A stretch of 63,475 nt of DNA, counting the filler, from Salisapilia sapeloensis CBS 127946 (taxonomy: Eukaryota > Protista > Oomycota): assembly GCA_023334545.1 (NCBI GenBank). It is 14 parts of 14 records of this genome, joined end to end, with 100 filler letters (N's around TTAATTAATTAA, not from the genome) between each part and the next. Parts side by side here need not be neighbours in the genome. Positions count along the whole stretch, not along the records: positions 6,438 to 12,191 come from JAADVB010000594.1; positions 12,292 to 16,772 come from JAADVB010000669.1; positions 16,873 to 23,347 come from JAADVB010000560.1; 11 more parts are not named here. One strand, given 5' to 3'. Below the pieces are notes generated by a model. The model was not told the DNA's origin, did no database searches, and saw only the letters and a list, made by a program, of their open reading frames with translations. Made by a program: the position numbers and the translations under genes. Every line of letters starts with the position of its first letter. The first letter of the stretch is position 1. This document shows positions 11,274 to 21,898 of this stretch, in pieces.

Positions 11274-12191
11274 TCGGCGACGGCACGCGTGGATGTATGA
11301 TACGATGGAAGCTCCTCGGTTGCAAGAGGAATTCTTCCAGGCAAAACGATATGGAATCTTATGGATTCTCTGCTAGGGATGCTCCAAAAGGCTCGAGAAG
11401 CGATTGTGACCTGACTCGAGATAACATTTAGCATGTGAAGTTAGATGAAGTATTGCGGTTATCATCCAGGTCCGGAATGTTAACAGGATAAACGAGATTG
11501 GTATTACGGGACATCTGATAATCGACCTGTTGTGTGCTGCAGTTTCCGATTTAAATGAACACTTGTAAGTTCAAATGGAGGAAATGGGAGGGTGGGGAAG
11601 GTTATGATTATACGCAAGTACGGTAGCGAGTTGCATGAGAATACTTTGTTGGAAGAAGATAGGGAAGTAGAATGGCACTTCAACACTTGCGTTGTAGAGT
11701 ATCGACCAGATGACTGCAAAAATTTTGAAAGGTCGTACAGACGATTCGAACACGCTGTAGCTTGTACTCTGTCTTAGTCGATCAGGGTGACAAGTACTGG
11801 ATGCTTGCATCTCTCCCGACTAAATATAGTGACAATGCTGCCTAATAAAGAAGAAGGCACTGTTCGACTGTAAAAAAGAAGCACAAGTTTTTTATTTTGT
11901 CGTCAAAAAGCTGGACAGATGATATGCAAGAAGACACAACGCGTTACGTCGATTCAAGACATCTACTGCAGTTCGCCTTGATCTCGAGTCCGACGACGAC
12001 AACAGTTTGTCTGCTTATGCTTGCTGTATACTCATACTACCAGATGCAGGATGTCGCCTTCGGCATCCGTTTCACTAGATGTGGTAGCTTTCCTATGTGT
12101 CTGTGAATGGCATGACCAGTCGAGTCGCAGTCTCTCTCGATGCGGCCGAAGAAAGCGACGAAGAGGGGACGGAGAGGCCTGACGACGGCGA

Positions 12192-12291
12192 NNNNNNNNN
12201 NNNNNNNNNNNNNNNNNNNNNNNNNNNNNNNNNNNTTAATTAATTAANNNNNNNNNNNNNNNNNNNNNNNNNNNNNNNNNNNNNNNNNNNN
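12192..12291. other. Artificial contig spacer
   Basis: 44N-TTAATTAATTAA-44N. Confidence 0.99.
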
Positions 12292-12432
12292 ATAAGCATA
12301 AGCATAAGCATAAGCACAAGTATCCATCAATAGACTCCTATTTCAACTTACTTCTTCTTGTTGCTTATTATCGCTCCTTCTGGGTATCACTCCTTTTACT
12401 ACTAGTACACATTCTCCTCACCTCCGCCTGAT
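12292..12432 (+). repeat. 141-bp direct terminal repeat, copy 1 of loop contig
   Basis: Identical to 16632-16772 (ataagcata...cctccgcctgat). Confidence 0.95.
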
Positions 12433-12571
12433 TACCACTCTTCACATACAATAATATGAACACGACACACAAGATGGTGTGGAAGCGTTTACATGTCCAG
12501 GATTACATGCAGCGATGGGTGCCCAAGAGGTACCGAGACAGTGTCTTCGTTCTTGCAGTATATGCTTGAAC

Positions 12572-14001
12572 CTACACGGGAACGCTGCCATGCTTCTTCC
12601 ACAGGTTGCTCACCTGCTTCGTCTCCAGCACGTCCAAGTCCAAGTCCAAGTCCAAATCCTCGGAAACGTGCAGTCTCGTATTCGTCGGCTCGATCACATC
12701 ATCGACGAGCCCACGCTGCGCGGCGACCATCGACGTCGCGAACTCACGTTCATAGTCAGCTGTATTCTACTCCACATTCTTGCCTCAGAAGATAACCTCG
12801 ACTGCTCCTTTAGCTCCCATGACAGCAAGCTCAGCGGACGGCCAAGCGTAGTTCACGTCGCTGCGAAGAGGCTTGGAGCTCGTGACGTCGCACGCACCTC
12901 CATACGCTTCACGAGTGATCACAGTGATCTTCGGACACAGTAGCCTCCGCGTACACGTATAGCAGCTTCGCACCATGCCGAATAATACCATTGTACTCTT
13001 GATCTGTACCAGGCAAGAACCCAGGTACGTCGGCTAACGTGACGATCGGGATGTTGAACGAGTTGCAGGATCGGACGAGGCGAGCAGCTTTTACGGATGC
13101 ATCAACGTCAAGACAGCCAGCGAGTTCCATCGGTTGGCTGGCAACGATACCGACGACGCGACCTTCAAAGCGTCCGTATCCGACGATAATATTCTTCGCA
13201 TCGTCTGGCATGATCTCGAAAACATCAAACGAGTGGATGATCTGGTGGATGATGTCTCTCATCTTGGACGGAACGTTTCGATCCGGTGGAACGATGCTTG
13301 CCAACGCCGGGATCGGTCGATTCCGATCATCCTCCGACTCGCGTTTCGGTCGCTTTCTATCTTTACTTGAGATTCTTTCTATATGTAGTAGGATGCGATG
13401 CATGCCCTTATTGTTGAGAGGGATGTAATCGAAGAAGGGACGCATCTCTCAGATGGTTTCGACGTCATTGTTAAACGCGGGGTGGGTCACACCAGGCGCC
13501 TTCGTTGGTCACTGTCCTCACGACGCCTGTTCGAGCCACAAGCACGTAGGACGAACATCTCGACATGAAGATCAGGTCGGTCACGGCTGGAGAGCACACC
13601 GCTCCACTAGCACGCGGGCCCATGATCGCCGAGAGCTGAGTACTCTCGCCCGACGCCAACACGTTCAATTGGAAGATATCTGCGTATCCAGCTAGGGATG
13701 CCACGCCTTCTCGGATAGGAGCACCTCCAGAGTCATTCCGACCGATGACAGGAGCACCGACTTTCATCGCTGCCTCCGTGATCTTGGCAATTTCCTCCGC
13801 ATACGTTTCTGACAGACTTCCATCAAAGACTGTGACGTCTTGACTAAAGACAAGCGTAAGCCATCCGTTAATCAGTCCTCGACCCGTCACGACGCCTCGT
13901 CTAGGATGCCGTTCGTTTCCATGCCAACGTTCGTGCATCGGTGTGTCCTGAGATATCATACGCTCTAAAGGATCCTTGATCTGGAAAGTATATTGTCCCA
14001 T
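12572..14001 (-). pseudogene. PCCB: Propionyl-CoA carboxylase beta chain pseudogene
   Basis: Motifs [76 protein letters not shown] and KKHGSVPV* are present. They are broken by several frameshifts and stops (ETI*EMRP; VIF*GKN). A (TCCAAG)n expansion gives DLDLDLDLD, and the N-terminus is eroded. Confidence 0.9.
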
Positions 14002-15525
14002 GTTTAATGCGGAATGAAAGCAAGAGCCATTTGCCTACTCTAGCAAAGATGTTGTGTCTGAATGAATCCATGTACGTAGCTGGAGAGAGATGGCATCATT
14101 CGTACATCAATACAAAGCGCAATCCAACAGCATTCAAGTAGATTTCCCTGGCTTCTCTCGGTATTGTGATTCATAATGAATCCACGACAGTGACGTCTAG
14201 TATTGCTCATGTCGTACTCGTGGCGGTCGTCACGATGGACGAACGTGTTCCTGATATGCAGACTAGTAAGTCACCATGGCACTTCGCTCGATAGCTTTCT
14301 CCTTCTTCATCTTGTACACGCAAGAGCTATATAAGAATGGAAGCAATGATCTAGTTGAAAAGTGGGACGCCGAGCAAACATTTAGCAGTCAAAGCGCACG
14401 AATAATGTAGGCCGTTGTGCCATTTCTGAGGTGGGATACTTTGTAGTGGTATCCTGGCGGCAGTGTCATAGGGATGCACTTTAATGGATCTAGTAGCACG
14501 TAATTTATCGGCTACGAAACAAAGTGGACAATGCCGTGGCTACGAAATCGTATTCAACACGAAGCAACTAGATTGGCGGTAGAAAGAAATGGCTGATGAG
14601 AATCAAAGCAACGTCCGTCTGTATATATTCGCAGTCGTGTTTACGAAAGAAGCATGCCGGACAGCCAGGGATGAGCGTCCGTGTTTTTTCTTGCTAGTCC
14701 AAGCCAAAGCTCACATGTGACTCCATCAATTCGACGGCCTGCCTACGAACCAAATTGGCTGTATGGACGTGCTCCGTGTCGGAGACTGCGTACTTTTGAA
14801 CGAGCCGTAGCTCTTCGTCGCCGACGTCATGCCACTCTTTGCCGAAGATCACGACCAATCTAGTCGCAGACATCAGGTGAATCCTATTGAGCGTTGGATC
14901 CCATGTAGCCAAATACTAGCTGAAAGATAGAGAATAGATAGAGAATAACGGATAATATTCAATGGCGTGACGCCATCGAAGTACCGTCCAGCGCGAGAAA
15001 GGTGTTCGGCAAGACTAGAAGCGCCGTCGACCATTTACATATTCAGGCAAGATGCAAAGTTTGGTTGAGATCAATAGAAAGCAATTGGACCGACAGCTTT
15101 CATTTGTGTATTGGTTTCGTTCTTATATCGCAGTCTACACGTCATCCTGGAAACCTCCTTGATCAAGCGAATCTCCCATCTATCTCCGAGTACCCTCACA
15201 CCGCTCCACGTCTTCACGTCGAGTACTGGTAACCTACATTTCTCTTCGTCTTTGGGCTCATCTTTTCTAATGATTATATACATTTGAACGTTTTTGAACG
15301 GTGTTCTACAAAACTAGCGCTAACACGGATACCAAAAGACGTCGGCAAGCTCCATCGAAGTAGAAAGTTCACCACCCATTAACCACCAAACCTACGAGAG
15401 ACTAGTACGATTCTCATGCATTGTTCTCCGCTAAAGCTTGAACAGTCACACGCCCTCACTTCGATCGCTCTATGGCTCATTTCTGAACGAACCAAGAAGC
15501 ACACAAGCAACTTTAACTACTGACG

Positions 15526-16329
15526 ATGATCGGACTGGAAATTCTGATCGCTGCTGCGGTCCTCACGGCTATCCCTCTGTACAAGGATGAATTCACGGTC
15601 AAGCCCAAGCTTGATTCGAAAGCGATGCCGGTGAAGGAGATCGAGCTGACAACGATCCACGCCAAGCGTAGCAAGGTGGAAGCTCCCAAGGAAGAAGACA
15701 ACGAGGGCAAGCTCGACGAAGAGCTCCGAGAGGGGTCCCTGACGGACGATGTGGAAGATGACCTGGGAGATGAAGATGAAGAGGAAGATGGATTGGAAGA
15801 TGAAGAGGTAGAGGAAGATGGATTGGAAGATGGATTGGAAGATGGATTGGAAGATGAAGAGGTAGAGGAAGACGACCTGGAAGATGGATTGGAAGACGAG
15901 CTGGAAAATGAAGATGAAGAGGAAGATGGCCTGGAAGACCGCCTGGAAGATGAAGAGGAAGAGGAAGCCCGCCTGGAAAAAAGTGAAGAAGATGGCAAGG
16001 CCAAGGGCCAGGACGAGATCGTCTTGCCGTGTGGCGGCCTCCCGAGAGTGAAGTCGTACCTGCCAAGATGTGCCTGCGAGAAGCGGAATAACTGCCCGTA
16101 TCGGACGGTGTATCCTTACCTCTACCACTACGCCATCAACGACTGTATGGTGGACGATGAGCGTCGCCTCCGTGTCGTGCTCTGCGGCTTGGTCAACTTC
16201 GACGGAACCATTAGCAGCACGGACACTCACGTCGCCGAGGCAGCCGTCCGAGGCTCCGACTGCGACTCGGACGATGCTGGATTTCAACATGCCCTCCTTG
16301 AATTGGGCTACGTTGAGAAAAGCGATTAG
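15526..16329 (+). CDS. Secreted highly acidic repeat protein with Cys/Tyr-rich C-terminal domain (267 aa, intronless)
   Basis: Signal-peptide-like MIGLEILIAAAVLTA, an Asp/Glu repeat block (GLED, EDEEVEED) and a 7-Cys C-terminal domain with YRTVYPYLYHY. Strong C/G third-position codon bias outside the repeat. Confidence 0.85.
   Translation: MIGLEILIAAAVLTAIPLYKDEFTVKPKLDSKAMPVKEIELTTIHAKRSKVEAPKEEDNEGKLDEELREGSLTDDVEDDLGDEDEEEDGLEDEEVEEDGLEDGLEDGLEDEEVEEDDLEDGLEDELENEDEEEDGLEDRLEDEEEEEARLEKSEEDGKAKGQDEIVLPCGGLPRVKSYLPRCACEKRNNCPYRTVYPYLYHYAINDCMVDDERRLRVVLCGLVNFDGTISSTDTHVAEAAVRGSDCDSDDAGFQHALLELGYVEKSD
15754..15980 (+). repeat. Intragenic coding repeats (GAAGATGGATTG-type 12-mers; GLED/EDEE units)
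   Basis: Tandem gaagatggattg and gaagatgaagag units visible directly. Confidence 0.9.
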
Positions 16330-16423
16330 TATCGACGCGTCTTCGATAGACAAGGTATGCTTATATTATGTATTATCTAAGAAGTATTCAACTACAGATC
16401 GATCTTTCAGCAAACGGGACACA

Positions 16424-16561
16424 CCGCTAAACTCCTTAAGTGGAGGCAGTGGCTCACTCCCGGACGACGCTACTATCGCTAAGCTCCTTAAGTGGGGAAA
16501 GCAGTAGGAGCTCGTCACTGAATGATTCGACCGCTAAATTCCTTCAGTGGAGGCAGTGGCT
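16424..16561 (+). repeat. Three imperfect copies of an ~30-bp motif at ~53-bp spacing
   Basis: ccgctaaactccttaagtggaggcagtggct (16424), tcgctaagctccttaagtggggaaagcagt (16476), ccgctaaattccttcagtggaggcagtggct (16531). Confidence 0.8.
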
Positions 16562-16606
16562 GAGTTCGTATCGATCTGTGGAAGGATATCTCTTATGGTA
16601 ATCTAG

Positions 16607-16646
16607 TATAAGCATAAGCATAAGTATAAGTATAAGCATAAGCATA
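16607..16646 (+). repeat. (ATAAGC/ATAAGT)n hexamer microsatellite at the loop junction
   Basis: ataagcataagcataagtataagtataagcataagcataagc. Confidence 0.9.
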
Positions 16647-16772
16647 AGCATAAGCACAAGTATCCATCAATAGACTCCTATTTCAACTTACTTCTTCTTG
16701 TTGCTTATTATCGCTCCTTCTGGGTATCACTCCTTTTACTACTAGTACACATTCTCCTCACCTCCGCCTGAT
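16632..16772 (+). repeat. 141-bp direct terminal repeat, copy 2 of loop contig
   Basis: Identical to 12292-12432. Confidence 0.95.
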
Positions 16773-16872
16773 NNNNNNNNNNNNNNNNNNNNNNNNNNNN
16801 NNNNNNNNNNNNNNNNTTAATTAATTAANNNNNNNNNNNNNNNNNNNNNNNNNNNNNNNNNNNNNNNNNNNN
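16773..16872. other. Artificial contig spacer
   Basis: 44N-TTAATTAATTAA-44N. Confidence 0.99.
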
Positions 16873-17426
16873 CCATTCGCGTGCGTTTCTCCGTCTCAGG
16901 GACACTCATGCGAGGTCCTCCTTTCGTGCAGGCGAAACCGGTGCCTCAGAAGCCAGAATCAAGTCAGATCGTTTCCATTCGTGCCATCGATTTCGGCCAA
17001 GTATCTACGTTACGTTCCAATTTGCTCAAAGCGCGTGGGCACACGAACAGATGACATATAGAAGACAAGAGAGACCATCAGCCGATGCGTTTTGATGTAC
17101 GGTTTGCATCCATCTGCTAACATTACGAACTGACTTGTCTTCCTCCTTGTCGAGACTATACCAAGTTCTACATAAAATGCCTTGTATCGCATGTGTCTAT
17201 ATGTACAAATGAGGTAGTGGTGATTGGTACTAGTGTTGCTAACAACGACATGAGCCGCTAATGGTTTTCCCGTTGTCCAAATTCAGCGCTAACTAGATAC
17301 AGTTCAACAGCAAATGTCCGGCTCGGAACCGCATCCGAGCTTTTGATCATTTCAAAGGTTTGCTTCAAGGCTCAAGTTCCAATCAAATTGATCTCAGTTA
17401 CCAATTCGCTTGCACCAGCTCACTCG

Positions 17427-18473
17427 ATGCTCCACGCTCATATGCCCATGCAGCACCCAAGTCAATCCTCTGACCGCAACTGGGACGCTGAAGAAATTGC
17501 TATACTAGAGGAATTGCTCTTTACGCCAAGTTCCCACTCGGATGAACAGTTTGCATCCGTCAGCGATGTCTCCGTCCAGCTACCAACTCCTACGGGTTAT
17601 TACACCGATGGAAATGTATCGATGCCTCGACGCTGGAGTAATCAGTCTACAGGTACAGCCGACCTCCAGAGCCGAGCCGCAAGTCCTGCTTCCACATCGG
17701 CTCCGACGACACCAGAAACGTCGCAGTTCAAACCACTCACATCGACGCAGTGTCTGCACCGGATCCACAAAACGTACGAACTAGTGAACAAGGTTCGGCA
17801 GCGAAAGACTCCCATTCAGCTCAGCCAAGGCTCTAGTGCGTTGCAGCCACAGCTTAGTCAATTGGGATGGAACTTGTTCTCCTCCACCCCTACATTAACC
17901 GCGTCTGTACCATCCTGCTTGCTGCTGGAGAAGAAATTCCAGAACCACAGCGTACAGGACTTAATGCACCGGACATGGCAGCATCTAGCAGACAGCCGAG
18001 GTCAGGAGAAGCTGCTCATGGGGAAGAGAGTCGACTTGGAGATTCTCCAGAGATTCAATGGCGATGGTCTCATCCTTCGACGGGATATCATGGACGTTAG
18101 CGCATCATCGGCTGGAGTCGAACGCAGCATCTATATGCTCTTCCGCATTGAAACCAAGCAAGGTTTCACCATCTGTGCTCATTCGTTGGATGATGCTACG
18201 CTTCAGGCACGTTTCCAGTCAGCGACGAGCCTTCCACTCACCACCATGTTCCACTGGATCACATTCTACCAGCTAGATAACGACAGTGGCATCCAAGTCG
18301 AGGTTGGCTTCACCCCGAAGCGTTCCAGAAACCAGCCCCCTGCTTCGATGAACAGTGAACAAGCAATTCAGTCGACACTCATGTCACTGTCACTATGGGA
18401 GCAAACCATCCTCTCACCCGTCTCTCCGACACGAAAGCATCCACATGCAGACATCCACAACAGCGTCGTGTAA
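17427..18473 (+). CDS. Oomycete START-like domain family protein (family often labelled M96 mating-specific-like)
   Basis: First ATG is at 17427 (the ORF track starts at a TTG). Family hallmarks: N-terminal W..EE...L motif, DLMHRTWQHL, LFRIETKQGFTICAHS, and C-terminal LSLWEQTILSP. Confidence 0.7.
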   Translation: MLHAHMPMQHPSQSSDRNWDAEEIAILEELLFTPSSHSDEQFASVSDVSVQLPTPTGYYTDGNVSMPRRWSNQSTGTADLQSRAASPASTSAPTTPETSQFKPLTSTQCLHRIHKTYELVNKVRQRKTPIQLSQGSSALQPQLSQLGWNLFSSTPTLTASVPSCLLLEKKFQNHSVQDLMHRTWQHLADSRGQEKLLMGKRVDLEILQRFNGDGLILRRDIMDVSASSAGVERSIYMLFRIETKQGFTICAHSLDDATLQARFQSATSLPLTTMFHWITFYQLDNDSGIQVEVGFTPKRSRNQPPASMNSEQAIQSTLMSLSLWEQTILSPVSPTRKHPHADIHNSVV

Positions 18474-18615
18474 AGCAATCGCTTGTTCCATCTGTACCAG
18501 CCTCTACTTCCCCAATTGCTCTGTAGTATAATTTGAATGTATCTTGTTTCCATTTAATCTAGCACATTGTTGGCCGTACCTTAATCAACCACGCTACATG
18601 TATTACTCAACTATA

Positions 18616-19893
18616 CTAAAACCCGAAAAGAGGTGACACGACTTCCGTCTCCCATCGCACGTGGTCGCAAATGAGTTCCAAGGAAGCAGCCTTTGCCTCA
18701 TCTTGCGTCGGGAAGACGATTTGACCCAAGGAAGCTGCTTGTACTTGTCCGTCTTGATCCTTATAAAACTTGAGCCATAACGCTCCTTCCATCCATCGCT
18801 TGTCTTCTGATTCAAAATTGCCATCCTTGCTTTCCGGATTGACAGACCGAAGGCCGATGAGCTCCCCATTTTCCACTTGGATGCGATGGAGAACAGCCAG
18901 CGACCGGTCTATCCGCATCTTGTCCCGACTAGGGATTTCGTACATCATGACGACTGTCGTGTCATCCAACTTCCGCATCTCATACGCAGTTGCATTATCA
19001 GGTGACGTTTGTAGTTTCATCCATGTTTTGTCCGTCATGGACTTCAAGTTGAGTGCTCGCTCCCGTTCGTACTCTTTCGAGCATGAAAAACGTAGCCGGC
19101 CGTCAGACGCGACGGAAGTTGAATGGCTCCATCCACACGTGTGTGCTCGAGACGAATCGTCCTGCATCTCGAAAGCGAGAGCAGACTGTGTGTCTTGTTG
19201 GAGCATAGCATGGATTTCGCTATAATCGAGTCCAGCTACGAACGTGTCGAGAGATTCGCTATCGGAGCGTTGCGGTCGCTGACCGAGCGTTCCGATGCGA
19301 ACACTGAGGTCCGTATTGTGCTGAGCGAGACCACGGGCAACTCGTTCTAGTCGATCCAGTGCCAGTTTGGTGCGCAACGTGTGCGTTTCAGCTCCGGATA
19401 TGACAGCCTTATGAGACGTCTTGCGACCAGAGTATCGGGTATAGTAGAGTCGGTCGAGCTCCTTGATCTTGTCACGAAGCTCTTGTATGACGGGCGCAAC
19501 GTCACTAGGTTCTTCGTTTTGCAACGTGTTCATGAGCTTCGACAGAGCTTCCTTATCGAACGGGTCTAGCTTCTCCGTGCAGAAGGCAGCGACAGCGTCT
19601 TTACTCGGGTCGAACAACTTGCTTTCGATCATATTTGTTTCTTCGTGAATGGGTGACAACCACACATTCGCAGACGTGCCAACCTCTTGTTTGACTTGAC
19701 ATTCATCGCTAGGCTTGTGCTCCATTGACACATCTTGTACGTTGATGTCGAGTGCCTTGATCGGGTCGGCGTCCTCCGTGACTTGATTCTTGGACTGGTG
19801 GTCGAGCATGAGGTATTGGAGCATGGTAACCTCTTCCTCTGTCCATTCACCGTTGTCGTCCACCGTAGTACCTAGTAACTCGACGAGGCTCAT
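18616..19893 (-). CDS. Oomycete START-like domain family protein, paralog convergent with 17427-18473
   Basis: Likely start MSLVELLG (19893). EWTEEEVTML, central coiled coil, HTCGWSHS, MTDKTWMKL, LHRIQVENGELIGLRS, and terminal HVRWETEVVSPLF. Confidence 0.75.
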   Translation of the reverse strand: MSLVELLGTTVDDNGEWTEEEVTMLQYLMLDHQSKNQVTEDADPIKALDINVQDVSMEHKPSDECQVKQEVGTSANVWLSPIHEETNMIESKLFDPSKDAVAAFCTEKLDPFDKEALSKLMNTLQNEEPSDVAPVIQELRDKIKELDRLYYTRYSGRKTSHKAVISGAETHTLRTKLALDRLERVARGLAQHNTDLSVRIGTLGQRPQRSDSESLDTFVAGLDYSEIHAMLQQDTQSALAFEMQDDSSRAHTCGWSHSTSVASDGRLRFSCSKEYERERALNLKSMTDKTWMKLQTSPDNATAYEMRKLDDTTVVMMYEIPSRDKMRIDRSLAVLHRIQVENGELIGLRSVNPESKDGNFESEDKRWMEGALWLKFYKDQDGQVQAASLGQIVFPTQDEAKAASLELICDHVRWETEVVSPLFGF

Positions 19894-21816
19894 GTTTGAT
19901 TCGGATATGAGCAAGCGAAAATGAAAATGGCGTTCCTGTGCAGTGATGGACGAGACCAAAAGTGGTACTGTCGCAAGCAGGCACTCACTCTGGTCACCAG
20001 ACAGACTTTACCTGCCTTGCGCATTCATCTCGGCCGTCAAACGTGACGAGAAAGTTGGTAGCAATTTGGAACAGCTTTTAGCGTAGATACAGATCGAAAT
20101 GGTACTCACGGTCTCACATCGAGCGCAAGATTTTATGTAGCCATCTATCCTACATTTAGCCCTAAGCATGACTGGCCTGCAGGAAGCAATCCAACGCTCG
20201 GGCGAATGAAAACCAGAATTAAACACTGATTTTGTATCAGACTTCTTTTCATACCTTTGTGAGGAAACGGGATTGTCGAAGCATGAAGCAAGTATTTCGA
20301 GCAACGATTCTGGGGCTATACGTGGGAGAAGATTAGAAGCACCGGTTCGCTTTGTGTACTCGTTTGAAGTTTCATTTGTATAGTCAGTCGAAACTTTTCA
20401 CATCCAGTCATCTGGACGACGTGATACTGGGGTTGCTAGCGGGTAGACGAAGGCTTGACACTTGGAGTATTCTTCAAAGATTTGGCCTCAATCGGACAAA
20501 GAGAAGCACAAGACGTTGAAGCATGCAACGGATGAGGTGAGTGTAAGTGATGGCAGCAAAACATGAAAGAGCGCGTCGTCTGCTTACTGCAAATAGATTT
20601 GACCAAGATTACCCAGCATAATCGGTAGAAAGATAGCAAACTTCGCAAGCAAGTTATATGAGCTTTGTGGATAAGAAAGTATCATGCGAGTTGAAAAGCT
20701 TTACCAAAAAGATATTTGTAAACATACGGATAGATGTGCCAAGCGTCCAAGCTTCGTTGAGCACACGTCCCGTTGCGTACTTGATTTACTGGCAGCTCAA
20801 CACACATCCGAGCACAACAGAATCAGAGTTTATTTGGCTAGCACTGTAGATGGGGCGACAAGGTGCAGACAGGTCATCAGTGCGTTACACCGTAGATACC
20901 AATGTATCGAAAGCACACTTTCAAGCTTAATGTCTTATTTAGTCCATCTGTGTCTTGGTATTAGTGCGAACGAAAGCAACTCGATGCTTGCTGTCTAACT
21001 ACAACTTGTTAGGTCAAAATGTACTCGCACTTTTGTTTGACGATTGGTACTAGACTCTATAAGATACAGGGCGACACACGTGCAGCAGCATGCTCCTTTC
21101 CGTCCCATCATACCTTATTTGCTGTGATGGCACCAAATCGATGGCAATTGTCTCAAGTGCAGTAGCAACAAGCCATCACTACAGCTCTAATTTTGCTGAT
21201 CAAGCGAAATGGTGGCGTACGCCTTGAGTGATAGGTAATTGAACAGCTACAAGAGCAGTTGCATCGGAGATTATGTGATAGGCTTCGTAAAGCCGGTATG
21301 CAGCTTTGGCTAGCGTCTGGTAGACGCACGACCTTCCATCTGTAGTCCCGAGTCTCCCAAAGAAGGCTGGTCTGAAAGACGATGTCATGAAGTATAAATT
21401 GAGCGACAAAGTAGACATGATAGATTTCCGGATTGCCATAGATAGCGTTGTCACATGACTTGATTATATCCGTAGAAGATATGCAGACGTGATCGAGATC
21501 TGCTATCGGTGTAAATGCTTCTTCTGATGCTCCTATTCGATCCATTGCGAAATTACTATCTTGCGTTTAGACTTCGCTTCAAGAATGTAAATTTTGAACT
21601 GGTACCTGTCTTTGTCAAGTCATGTAGCGCTGTTTAGTCATGCTTCCAATCACCTTATCATCGAAGCGAAGCGTTTGTACTCGTTGTGCTCTGCTTCCAA
21701 CAAAAAGCGATTGACACAAAAAATTAACGAATTTATTTTAAATCATATCTTGTAGAATTATACACTCATTATATTTGGTTGTTTATATAACACTTCATGC
21801 ACTGTCTCATATACAA

Positions 21817-21898
21817 GTCAGTGTGCCCGAGCGGTCCAAGGGGGTAGACTCAAGTTCTACTGTGTTCGCACTCGTGGGTTCAAATCCCACCGCTGACA
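21817..21898 (+). tRNA. tRNA-Leu (anticodon CAA), intronless, long variable arm
   Basis: Acceptor stem GTCAGTG/CGCTGAC+A; D arm GCCCGAGCGGTCCAAGGGG; anticodon arm GTAGA-CTCAAGT-TCTAC; T arm GTGGG-TTCAAAT-CCCAC. A T-run Pol III terminator follows immediately. Confidence 0.97.

Noticed and set aside
15526-16329. RXLR-dEER effector
   Set aside because: There is no RxLR after the signal peptide. The only RRLR is near the C-terminus, after the acidic block.
15513-16353. Long antisense and alternative-frame ORFs over the acidic gene (278, 163, 155 aa)
   Set aside because: They are shadows of a stop-poor GAR/GAY repeat with biased codons and have no independent protein features.
16424-16561. CRISPR-like array
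   Set aside because: Eukaryotic context, only three imperfect copies, short irregular spacers and no cas genes.
16607-16646. Telomeric repeat at the contig end
   Set aside because: (ATAAGC)n is short, interrupted, internal to the loop unit and unlike the TTTAGGG-type oomycete telomere.
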